DNA from: Babesia bigemina
Taxonomy: Eukaryota
Length of the DNA stretch: 64,000 nucleotides
Direction of reading: 5' to 3'
Assembly (NCBI RefSeq): GCF_000981445.1
Contig: NC_027216.1
Location: forward strand, 868,001-932,000
Made by a program: the position numbers and the translations under genes. Positions 53,355-62,885 of this stretch are shown here, piece after piece (position 1 is the first letter of the stretch; each line of letters begins with the position of its first letter). The notes beneath the pieces were generated by a model that worked only from the letters and a program-made list of their open reading frames with translations, had not been told where the DNA came from and ran no database searches.

Positions 53355-56210
53355 ATGGAGGTATTCAACACCAGGCAATACATATTGACATTTTGCGCAA
53401 TATTACTCCATTATGTTACAAGTACCAACGCCCTTATTTGTGACTTTGGAAGCGCATATGGAAACGTTAGCAACAATGCTCTAGTTATGTGCCATATGGA
53501 CCTTGACAAGCACAAGACCGCAACTGTGGTATGCCCACGCCTGGTCAACGGCGTCGAATATGTGGTGCATCCCCAGCCAACTTCTGAAGATAACGCACAT
53601 GTCAACACGTACGTGAGTGGGGAAGGCACGTTTACTTCCATGCCTTTTTCGGATGTGGTGCGATCTGAATCAGGGCATAATTTCGTATGGTTGGAATCCA
53701 CACGATCACTCACGATTATGCGTTTCAACAAACCAAATGATGAACTGGTTGCTATCACCGAGCACAGCTCTACCTTCATTTGTGGACCGCGAGATTTGGT
53801 GCTGAGCGATGAATTGCAGCGCCACCTTGAAAGCCTCAATGGCGCCCGTTCTCTAAAGCTTCCTTGGGCATCATCCACTCCTTTGACGCAAGAAATAGCC
53901 AAGATTGGGAAGGGTTTGGGTATATTCGTTCTCTACAGAGGTCGCGGGCATCTACCACTTCAGGGCTGCGGTAGCCGCCCCTCGAGACTATTCGCTCCGG
54001 ATAATGAAGTTACTGTGGATTCCAAAACCGGAATGCGTTCATGCGTTGCCGAAGCTATGTCGAAATCACCCATTGGTTTTGTTTGCGAAGGCAGAATTGA
54101 ACCCGAGGATTGCATGAAGTCCCTAATTGACGACAAAGGCAAAGTTGTAACTGCTCCTCGGCCACGTCCTTATTGGGATTTTGGATATTATAGACCTTGG
54201 GTGGTAGCGAAATACTTCTCTGACGTGGCACTAACGCCATTCAGGGGAGAATGCAGGTGTGTCGATCCCGAAACAGGTGACATAAAGGCTAAAATACAGA
54301 TCCGCCACAACAGCGCACATGTCTGTGACATTTCCAGCATGATCGTTCGAAACCGTTCGCAGCCTATCAGAGGTCCGTGGTGCTCGGTGGTACTTCATCC
54401 GGGGAGCACCTTGACCATAAGATTTCCAACAGTGGATGGCGCCGCGGATTACGATAATTCCATGCTTCGTACATCTTCGCGACAGACGTCTATCAATGAA
54501 TATGAAACTGAATTCTTGCCGAAGGACCTGAAAACGATGAGGCAAATAAACACGTATAGAGGGTTTAATGTTTATGACGAAGTATCATATCAAGAGGTCC
54601 TTGTTGGCAATGCCATCGAGTTGGATGTGTCCCAGATGCACCGGGGAGAAGTGACGCTAAAGTACCACGTTGACAAACCTCTCACATTACGAAGCGGATT
54701 CAACTCATTCTTATACCACTGGACGTTGAAATCTAAAAACGAGAATCTTGCAAAGAAGATACAGGCCACCGTAAATGTGTCATTCGCGTTGACTCATGAA
54801 CACGAAATCTTTGGTTGCGACTCTCGACAAACGAAGCTATTCAACGAAGATATCAGTCGCCAGCATTGTTCAACGAAAAGGATGGGGAATGGCATAGGTG
54901 ACACTTACGAATGCCTCCTCCATAACAAAGCACATATACATCAGGCTGGAATTTACTGCAGGCCGGAAGAGAGGTTGTTACCGGGCAACTGTCAATATAC
55001 AGGATACGACCTCCACTCCAATCGGATCATGTCATTTCCTGAAACTGTGCGAAGTATTACTCCCCAACCCATTACAGGATTCCAAGTGCTAAACATGGAG
55101 ATACAGAATCTTCCTGTCAGTTATGCTTGTGTATGTGTCAATGAACATGGATACGAGACCTCCAGACTTACTGTGGAGTCGAGCTGCGAGGAAAGTCGTA
55201 CGTTTACAGTTCGCCGTATAAATGGGTTGCAAAAGATCCTCCCCTATGTATCTCTGCGATTGAATATCGGATTAATACTTGAAGGGCACAGATCAGGAAT
55301 GTTTATCACGTTGCAGCACGTATCGAAAAAGACCATTAAACTACATGTGGGCACAAAATTGTTATTGCGTTGTGATCTTGGTACCGCGCTGCAAAACGTT
55401 TCAAATGATACAATAAGTCCAACTGCGTGGCTTCCTAAATTGCATGGAAGATACCATTATAATGCCATCGTGACATTCCGCGGGCTTGAGCTTATTACGA
55501 GATCGCACAATGATGTCATAGCTGGTTCACATGGCGGGTTTTCTGTTTTGTTCAACGATGACCACTCATCAGTCCATCAAGCTTTGATATTAGAATTACG
55601 TAAAAACGCCATCTTGATTTCCAAGGACCCAGTTCACAAAAAAAACGTGTCGATGAGATTTGTCTGCGGCAAGGCGGCCCAACTATCGGATCCGTCGGCC
55701 GTCTCCGATTATGCGTTACATTCAGACGCATCTGTGCAGTCGACTTCTAATATCGCATATGTGGCAGGAAAGTACACCTGGAATATTGTTAAAGTCAACG
55801 TCGAGACCACTGACCCGTACATGCAAGGCTGCGGCGTCACATACGCATCAGATGAGTTGTTCAAGCCTGAGACTCCCAAACTCTACGACTCTTATGGACA
55901 ACGTAAATCTGGTTGCAAAATAGACATTCAGGCTGCGGGCGAGGCAGCATTCTACTGCCCAGCACCGTACGTCCTGGATCCACCCAACTGCTTCGAAGAA
56001 GTATTAATGGGGGGTATAATCATGAATGTGAAAGATATAAGCAAGTCGCTGATTGCGTCAGCATCTAATCACTTTGTTATCCTGCGGTTCGACAGTGAAC
56101 TCATAGGATCCGGGGAGACCCTGCGCCAGAAACCTCCATTGGAGTGCCAGTGCGTCACCGACAAAGGCATCGTCCTGTCGACCATACAGATTAAAAACTA
56201 CTACGCCTAG
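53355..56210 (+). CDS. Secreted multi-domain 6-Cys (s48/45) protein
   Basis: Signal peptide. Repeated 6-Cys patterns LQGCGS..C..GFVC..EPEDC..CRC, IFGCD..C..GIYC..LLPGNC..CVC and MQGCG..C..AFYC..LDPPNCF..CQC. Single exon. Confidence 0.88.
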   Translation: MEVFNTRQYILTFCAILLHYVTSTNALICDFGSAYGNVSNNALVMCHMDLDKHKTATVVCPRLVNGVEYVVHPQPTSEDNAHVNTYVSGEGTFTSMPFSDVVRSESGHNFVWLESTRSLTIMRFNKPNDELVAITEHSSTFICGPRDLVLSDELQRHLESLNGARSLKLPWASSTPLTQEIAKIGKGLGIFVLYRGRGHLPLQGCGSRPSRLFAPDNEVTVDSKTGMRSCVAEAMSKSPIGFVCEGRIEPEDCMKSLIDDKGKVVTAPRPRPYWDFGYYRPWVVAKYFSDVALTPFRGECRCVDPETGDIKAKIQIRHNSAHVCDISSMIVRNRSQPIRGPWCSVVLHPGSTLTIRFPTVDGAADYDNSMLRTSSRQTSINEYETEFLPKDLKTMRQINTYRGFNVYDEVSYQEVLVGNAIELDVSQMHRGEVTLKYHVDKPLTLRSGFNSFLYHWTLKSKNENLAKKIQATVNVSFALTHEHEIFGCDSRQTKLFNEDISRQHCSTKRMGNGIGDTYECLLHNKAHIHQAGIYCRPEERLLPGNCQYTGYDLHSNRIMSFPETVRSITPQPITGFQVLNMEIQNLPVSYACVCVNEHGYETSRLTVESSCEESRTFTVRRINGLQKILPYVSLRLNIGLILEGHRSGMFITLQHVSKKTIKLHVGTKLLLRCDLGTALQNVSNDTISPTAWLPKLHGRYHYNAIVTFRGLELITRSHNDVIAGSHGGFSVLFNDDHSSVHQALILELRKNAILISKDPVHKKNVSMRFVCGKAAQLSDPSAVSDYALHSDASVQSTSNIAYVAGKYTWNIVKVNVETTDPYMQGCGVTYASDELFKPETPKLYDSYGQRKSGCKIDIQAAGEAAFYCPAPYVLDPPNCFEEVLMGGIIMNVKDISKSLIASASNHFVILRFDSELIGSGETLRQKPPLECQCVTDKGIVLSTIQIKNYYA

Positions 56211-57152
56211 TAATGAGTAGCTCAGATTTGGTAACTCGTTTGGCAATCACAGACTTTAATTGTCATACGTCATGTTGGTCGCTCTGCTGGTTTGTCTCTT
56301 CAGTGAGAGAATTGCTTTGGGTAGAGTGTTGCAATTGTAATTGCCAGTCTAACGACATATTCTTGTGTTGTCGTAGCTCTTTGTAACTAGCGTGAATGGC
56401 CATGGACCCGGTGAAGACCGTACTGTGGAATTACATGTCACCGCACATTAGCTGGGCGTTGTCAACCGCAGGCATCAGGAAGATGCAACTTAGAGCTTTG
56501 CATCTCCGTTCGCATATTGAAACCTCGGCGATGACCTTAACACACAACGAAGAGCAATATGTGGTACCTTGAACGGGACTTCACTGACGCCCCCAATTTG
56601 GGTGAGCAACTACCACGGCGGTGCCTGAGCACGTTGGGCGACCGGTGGGAGTGGGTGGATAGACCGTCTGGATTTCACCCTATATGGGCAAATATATGTC
56701 TATTGGTGGCCTTTGTCTAACTGAATTACGCAGTCACAGGCATTTATTGTCAGCATCGTGATAAGTCTCGAGGTCGTAACCCCAGACTGCACCCTAGCAG
56801 AGGTTTTGAGGGGCTCCCGGCAAACATGGCTACCCACTCATTCGTTACCCCGAAAGAGTAACAACGCGAGTGAGCACAATGCCAGTCTGAGTCGGGTATT
56901 CACATTCCTCACAGTTTGAGTGGAAGTGACTGCAATTTGATGGAGATTATGCTGGCACCATAACCAGTCAATAGTTTAGTTAACCGTGATTAGCAAGAAC
57001 GTGCAGGAGCAGCCAGCATTGAAGGCACGCTTACGAGAGCGTACCTTGAGAGCAGCCGGGTTGTGTATCTCTACCTGAAGACGGTACTTTGAGGTTCAGG
57101 TACACTGCTAATTTTTGTCCGCGGCAGTGCTTTTGAATCCGTCACGTGCAAG

Positions 57153-58505
57153 ATGGCGGTGTCAGCAGCAGAGAATGAACAAACCTATCAGGCAGCGAGT
57201 GATTCTACGGACTGCAATAGTCATGCGAAACACAACGAGGATGGGAATGAGGGAATGCTGATGGATATTAGCGAAATGAAGGCAAAGCTGGAGGATAAGA
57301 TGGAAACGAGGGAGTCGCTACAGGATATTAACGAAATGAAGGCAACGCTGGAGGATATGAGAGAAATGATGAAATCGCTGAAGGATATGAGGGAAATGAT
57401 GGAGTCGCTGAAGGATATGAGGGAAACGAGGGAGTCGCTACAGGATATGAGGGAAATGATGGCGTCGCTGAAGGATATGAGGGAAACTAAGGAGATAGCT
57501 GAGACGATTAAATCGTTAGTACACTTGTTGCAGCGTGGCACGTTACACAAAGACGTCGTTGTTCCATGCGAGTTGAAAACGCCACATCCGGATGGTGGAG
57601 AAGGGACCTCACCGTCCGGTGGCGGTCAACAGCAGTTGTGTTCTGATCCTCCACAATTACAACATGCCAGTTTACAAGCGCAGTCGGGAAACATACCCGA
57701 AATTTGTGTGGTTAAAAAATCGCCTAATTTAACGGCCCATCAACACGCGGTATACAAGTCGCTGATCTATGTCCCTCGCAACTTCAAGGAGGCTGTTGAC
57801 TGGTTGATTGCCGTGAGGGGAGATGATGGAATGAAGAACTTGAAGGCTTTGGGCGCGGCGCTTTACGATTTTTACGCACACATGTCAGGTAGATTCACAG
57901 AGGTGTCAGATCTAGATAAAGTCATACGCGTTTCTAGAGAGTTCTTAGAGCAAGAGAAGCTTAAAAAGCGTCGATCCGTTAAGCGTATTCTGATCAAACT
58001 AAATGATCGTTTGCGTAAAACACCCGATCAGCTAGCTAAGGACACTGGCTCCGCAGACGATACGGAGAACGAGAAGTACTTACAAAAAAAGGGTCTCACT
58101 GCTGACACCATCGCAGAAAAGCTATGTTGCGTCGTGGATGCTTGTGCGGAGTTCCTGGGAAGAATAAAGAACCGCAGTCACTACAAGTCTGCTTACAGTC
58201 CGCAGGCGACGTGGGATGCGTCATTTTCGGCTCATCCGGAAACTGGCGTAGTAATCTTCGTGGGTATTGCGCCAATGTTATGCGCAAGCATATCATCTTT
58301 GAATGCTGCTGTGTTTGCTGCGATGTTGAGATTTCCGCCGTTTATTGCGTATAAGCGTATGCAGGAGTTGATACAAGCCTTGGGTTACGTAGAGCCAGAA
58401 TGCCGCGCTGGCATGACGGCTTCGTATGTCGGAGATGCCTTGGAAGGTTTTGAAGAGACAATTATCTTCCTTTACGAACTCGCTGGCTTCTGGATTTTCT
58501 ACTGA
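57153..58505 (+). CDS. Short ves/VESA-like family protein with N-terminal repeat extension
   Basis: VYKSLIYVPRNFKEAVDWLIAVRGDDG resembles the VESA N-terminal motif (SL...P.NLKEAIDW). YKSAYSPQATW is also ves-like. Confidence 0.75.
   Translation: MAVSAAENEQTYQAASDSTDCNSHAKHNEDGNEGMLMDISEMKAKLEDKMETRESLQDINEMKATLEDMREMMKSLKDMREMMESLKDMRETRESLQDMREMMASLKDMRETKEIAETIKSLVHLLQRGTLHKDVVVPCELKTPHPDGGEGTSPSGGGQQQLCSDPPQLQHASLQAQSGNIPEICVVKKSPNLTAHQHAVYKSLIYVPRNFKEAVDWLIAVRGDDGMKNLKALGAALYDFYAHMSGRFTEVSDLDKVIRVSREFLEQEKLKKRRSVKRILIKLNDRLRKTPDQLAKDTGSADDTENEKYLQKKGLTADTIAEKLCCVVDACAEFLGRIKNRSHYKSAYSPQATWDASFSAHPETGVVIFVGIAPMLCASISSLNAAVFAAMLRFPPFIAYKRMQELIQALGYVEPECRAGMTASYVGDALEGFEETIIFLYELAGFWIFY
57261..57500 (+). 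repeat. Coding tandem repeat, 8 x 30 nt (10-aa unit, approx. KDMREMMESL)
   Basis: Degenerate head-to-tail units such as aaggatatgagggaaatgatggagtcgctg. Confidence 0.95.
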
Positions 58506-59248
58506 GTAGGGCATGCAATGGCTGGATAAGCCGCCACGCGTTGCTTCTGAGCCCGCAATACAGTGGGTTGGCATCTCTTCACCACTCAGTAAACATCCCA
58601 AGTTTTTGAAATGCACTCGTAGCGAGCTTTGTGAATACGGTCTTCATCCACTGCACTGGCGTGGAAAACAACTATGGGCGTCTCGTGAATCGAGCTAGTG
58701 ACGCAATTTGACCTGCGTTCATGCAGTTCCATACAACTAAATGTCTGCATACCCGATTCCATGTGGCAACCGACAGTTCACCAACAAAGCCGAGCACTCC
58801 TCCACATCACCTTGGGCGAACGATGTATCAATACCGCTTGGTGTAGCTTGTTAGCATAGCAGTTGCGAAAAACACGGCGCCTGCTGTGTGCATGACGTAA
58901 TAACCTCGGTAGATTGCGTCACCTAGCAACGCGATGTTTCATCACAGTTAGGTTACGAACGTGCACGCTATTGGTTTGCATTAGATACAGACGTGACGGT
59001 GCTCTTTACGAAGATGAGTGCTGGATTCCGCAAATCGTTTGCTTCCCACACTTTGACTAGAAGCTAAAGACGGCATCACGCATCGTCAATCGTGTATCAC
59101 GCAAGACGCCTGGAAAAGGGTGGCGTGCCATCCGTTGTCAGCCTATGGGATGCGTGGCGATACGATTTCTACACATAAAAAAGGAATTAGCTGGTTTTAG
59201 TCACTAATAGCAGGACAAATACAAAACGATCGTTGAGAAAAGATTCTA

Positions 59249-60765
59249 CTATTTGAATTTAACCTTAAATCTGGCAGTACGTTTAGCGGTAAAGTAGTCG
59301 TTATCATACAAGCCCAAAAGCGTCATTAGATTTGTCCTCTGTTTTGCTGGTTCCTTTATAGATTCAGACGTAGGTCTTGGTATCGGATATAACGCTGTTC
59401 CATCAACTGTATGGGGTTCGCTGGTCTCCTGCATTAGTGCACGCTTGATAAAATTTTTATCCTTTTCCTCTGGTTTGCTGCACATATATGCGTTTTAAAT
59501 ATTTAACAAACTTTAGATTGAGTTCTACAACGGACGGAAACGAATTTAGGGGCATTTTTTGGGCATTTAAAGCCACGATTGCAAGCCATTCGACATCATA
59601 GCAGATAGATACGTCCTCATCATTCGTGTGTTTGATGTTCTGTACGGGATCTACATGCAGGTACTCGATGTAATGCCTGCCCGGCATGGGCTTGTCCAAT
59701 GCGAGGAAGTATGTATTCCCAAAGTCGTGTTTAACATTCGCCTCGAACTTTACATGCAAGTGGGCGGCAAACCAAAATCGTGGCTTTAATTTCGCAAGCA
59801 GCTCCCACGCATGTGGATTGCCAAGATTTCTGTCTTGTATATCGGGTGTTAGGAAGGGTTTCCTCCTCATAAGGTCTGCAGTATCACCAAAATGTTCAAT
59901 GCCTCGGGGCCAGTCATGCGATAAGAAAATGTCAATCGGTTCTTCTATCTAATAATAATTGAGCCACATAGGCGACACTAATACCAACCAGCTGCAGTTT
60001 TTTAACATCATACTCCCGCACGTGATAAGCCGATTTTTTCGAGTGCTCATCATACGGTTGCTGCTCGAAGAACCCTTCGCTGCTATGAGATTTTTAAAGG
60101 CGTTCATACCACGGGTGTAGTCTCTGTGATAATATATTCCGGATAGACCCGCGATGCGTATTCCATTAACATTCACCACTCCGGAGTGGCCCATATAATA
60201 AATGTTCTTCGCCACCCAACCCCCGTAGTACCTATGTTTGTAATGAAACAACATGATTTGCGCTCATATGCCAATAGAGATAAATATACACACAGTAAGA
60301 TATCTTACAAACATCGGAATCCCAAATAGACTAGATAAATCATGAAGTAGAAGTAATCGGATGACTACATTTTTCGGAGTTATAGAGCACGTCGCCCTAA
60401 TATGATTCACATGGTAACACTTATGCGACAAAAGTTTCTGTGACACTTACAGCTCCTTGAGAAAAGCCGGTGCCTCGTGGTTTCCTCCCACGAATATTGT
60501 AAGCACAGGTGCCTCTTTGATCCCGTTGTAATAGTCCTTAAAATCGTGATAAGCCTTATATTTCGGCGGACACTGTAGATCTTCTAAATCAGATTCATTG
60601 CGGATGGCCTGAAAATCACCGCAGCAAAGCAACAGGTCCACCTTTATGTTGTCTGCGATTTCCTTTTCCCTAATTTTGGAGTATATCAGGTCAAGCTGGC
60701 CGTGAACGCAGCCTTCCACAGCCACCTAAACAACATTAGAAGCTACGTCTATCACATACATGCAT
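59249..60765 (-). CDS. DBR1: RNA lariat debranching enzyme, multi-exon
   Basis: [69 protein letters not shown]. Introns include 60759-60726 and 60450-60232. Confidence 0.96.
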
Positions 60766-61143
60766 TTTGGACGTTGCTACAACTTTGTCCGACCCTTACG
60801 GATGTGCGAGTTTTCACAGCACTGCGCCCGCTCGCCACAGTTTGACCACCTTGGATCTGCAGACGCTACATATTTGCCTCTTAACATAAGTGACTTTATT
60901 AACTATTTAATTTTTTCATTCGGGCCGTCAAAAAGGGTACGTGGGTGTCGGCCCTGCAGTGTGCTCTAGTACTTCAAATGACGCCCGTCTAACGGAAGAC
61001 ATTTGACGGCAAAATTGTTGATAGAGTTGTAAGATGAGAGTTTCTGATTTTGTAAACCTTGTCAGGCTACAATTATCGGTTAGTTTACACGCGCGTTCTG
61101 ACCGTTGTCTCAACACCGCCGAAATTGATGACATTAGTTCTGA

Positions 61144-61521
61144 CCCCTAGCAGGCATCCGTGCTTCCGGAAATCAAGTGGCACATTGCGCTCATATACAC
61201 TGTGGCGCTAACGCTGCTGTTGGTACGCCTCTACATCGGTATGTAGTCCTCTAAGCATCGATATATGGTTTCAGGTGAATCGCTGCGCCATTTTATATTC
61301 GACAGAGCGTTCAGTGTCCATAGTTGGTGACACTAGTATGCGTTCAAAACAGTTCAGGGGAATTTCAGGAGTTACAGTACCATCTACCGGCTAGTGTCGG
61401 TGAAGGGGCACGTTTGTTAGCGACGGTCGCCACCATATTGACAAACCTTATACCCCTGGTGCTACCTCTCATGCTGACCAACTTCTTCAACCGCGTGCAC
61501 ACGCAGCAGCAGGCGAGATAG
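61144..61521 (+). CDS. Fragment of a small multi-exon membrane protein (boundaries uncertain)
   Basis: Hydrophobic segments WHIALIYTVALTLLLVRLYIG and LLATVATILTNLIPLVLPLML are separated by GT-AG intron-like spacers. The full model is not resolved. Confidence 0.35.
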
Positions 61522-61649
61522 GGCACAGATGAGTGCTCTATCTCTGCGGTAGATGATACCATGTAAACACAACAAAAAGTTGTAGACGAAAAATTCAGCC
61601 AACATTGTCGACATAAACTGTCATTTTAAGGGAAAGATGTTTCCTTGTT

Positions 61650-62456
61650 CTACCATTGTTTGAAATGCTGTCGTATAATGCATAGGTTGAGTATGTGCCC
61701 TGCGATGATTATTTCGTCTATTTGGCGTTTTGCGATATCTTCATCGTTTTCAGGATCGTACTCGTTCAGGTCACCCATCTTTGTGGGAATATATCTGGAC
61801 AACGCCCGCTTTAGTCGTTGTAGTTCGTACGAAACGGATTCCTGCACGGCGTGCAGGTCATCGAGAATGAGCAATGTGGAGAAGAGCCACCTGGACGATT
61901 TTTCGTCAATGTTTTTCCCTTTACTACCACATATGAAGTTAGCAAGCTTGTGCAAAATCTCTTGTACACTTGCAAAACTGACCCCGCGCTCACAAATCTT
62001 CAGGACATCCGGAGGCGGGGAGCGGAACAACAATTCCCAATGTGCATCCTGCAAGTTGTGGAGGTAGCTGCTGACGTTCGCCGCGTCTCCTTCACTTCGC
62101 AATATCCCAGTACAGTATTCGGCGAGGGCACACTTTTCTGTAGATTCGGCGTGCGACATTTTGGCGTTCACGTCGTCCTTCATGGTTTTGAAGAATTGCA
62201 ATTCGTTGTTATTCATTACGAATGCGCAATCATTTTCCACTGACTCGGCCGCAATTTTCTGCAGCCTCTCAAACTGTTCCACTGTTTTTCCGTGGCTCTG
62301 CCTGCTGGTGTCGGTTGTTTCCACAGCGACGACCTCGGGAAGGCGTGCCTCCTCCTCCCTTACGCTCCTTAGGTACTCCTCCACATCCATACCCTGGTAA
62401 AGTGTATACATGGAGCTGGGTTCACCTTCCGTTCCATATCCACACGCAACGTTCAT
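61650..62456 (-). CDS. GEMIN2: Gemin2 / SMN-interacting protein 1
   Basis: EEYLRSVREEEARLPEVVAV, SRWLFSTLLILD, SYELQRLKR and LNLCIIRQHFKQ match conserved Gemin2 blocks. Confidence 0.85.
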   Translation of the reverse strand: MNVACGYGTEGEPSSMYTLYQGMDVEEYLRSVREEEARLPEVVAVETTDTSRQSHGKTVEQFERLQKIAAESVENDCAFVMNNNELQFFKTMKDDVNAKMSHAESTEKCALAEYCTGILRSEGDAANVSSYLHNLQDAHWELLFRSPPPDVLKICERGVSFASVQEILHKLANFICGSKGKNIDEKSSRWLFSTLLILDDLHAVQESVSYELQRLKRALSRYIPTKMGDLNEYDPENDEDIAKRQIDEIIIAGHILNLCIIRQHFKQW

Positions 62457-62885
62457 TTTGCGTACCGTATGAATCCTCGAAGCCGTAGGCTGTCGCCGTA
62501 GATAAGCTACCCCGTGTCTATAACCATGAGTTGTTAACGCAGTTGGAAATTCCACCTCGCATCGCTAGTTTCTCAATAATTCAGTACGTTGGATGTTCTT
62601 TAGGTATCGGCATCGATCGTTGCTTACACACGGTCGATTTCCGTCAGTCGCCGAACTCAAGCCGCGCGTATTAGCGACGGATTCCTCCACATTTGCCTAT
62701 GATTGGCAAGTATACAATTGGATTCCGCCACTCATTTCGGGTAGGAAGCGTTTTGTGGCGATTCGTCACGCTCGGCGTCGTTCGTCACCGTCTGTTGTCC
62801 AGGCTGATCGGATGGGGTCGAGGTGAGCAGCGGATCCGTGGCACTGATTATCACCGCTGTTTTATCGTCACCGGTGCTGGCAACA

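Noticed and set aside
56211..57152. Mobile element or ncRNA in the long spacer (also 58506-59248)
   Set aside because: No terminal repeats, transposase/RT ORF or recognisable RNA motif was seen.
57261..57500. Regular 30-nt repeats as a CRISPR array
   Set aside because: Units are head-to-tail with no unique spacers, in frame in a CDS, in a eukaryotic genome with no cas genes.
61365..61562. Cys-containing 65-aa minus-strand ORF
   Set aside because: It is antisense to a more plausible spliced + strand membrane-protein exon; no motif.
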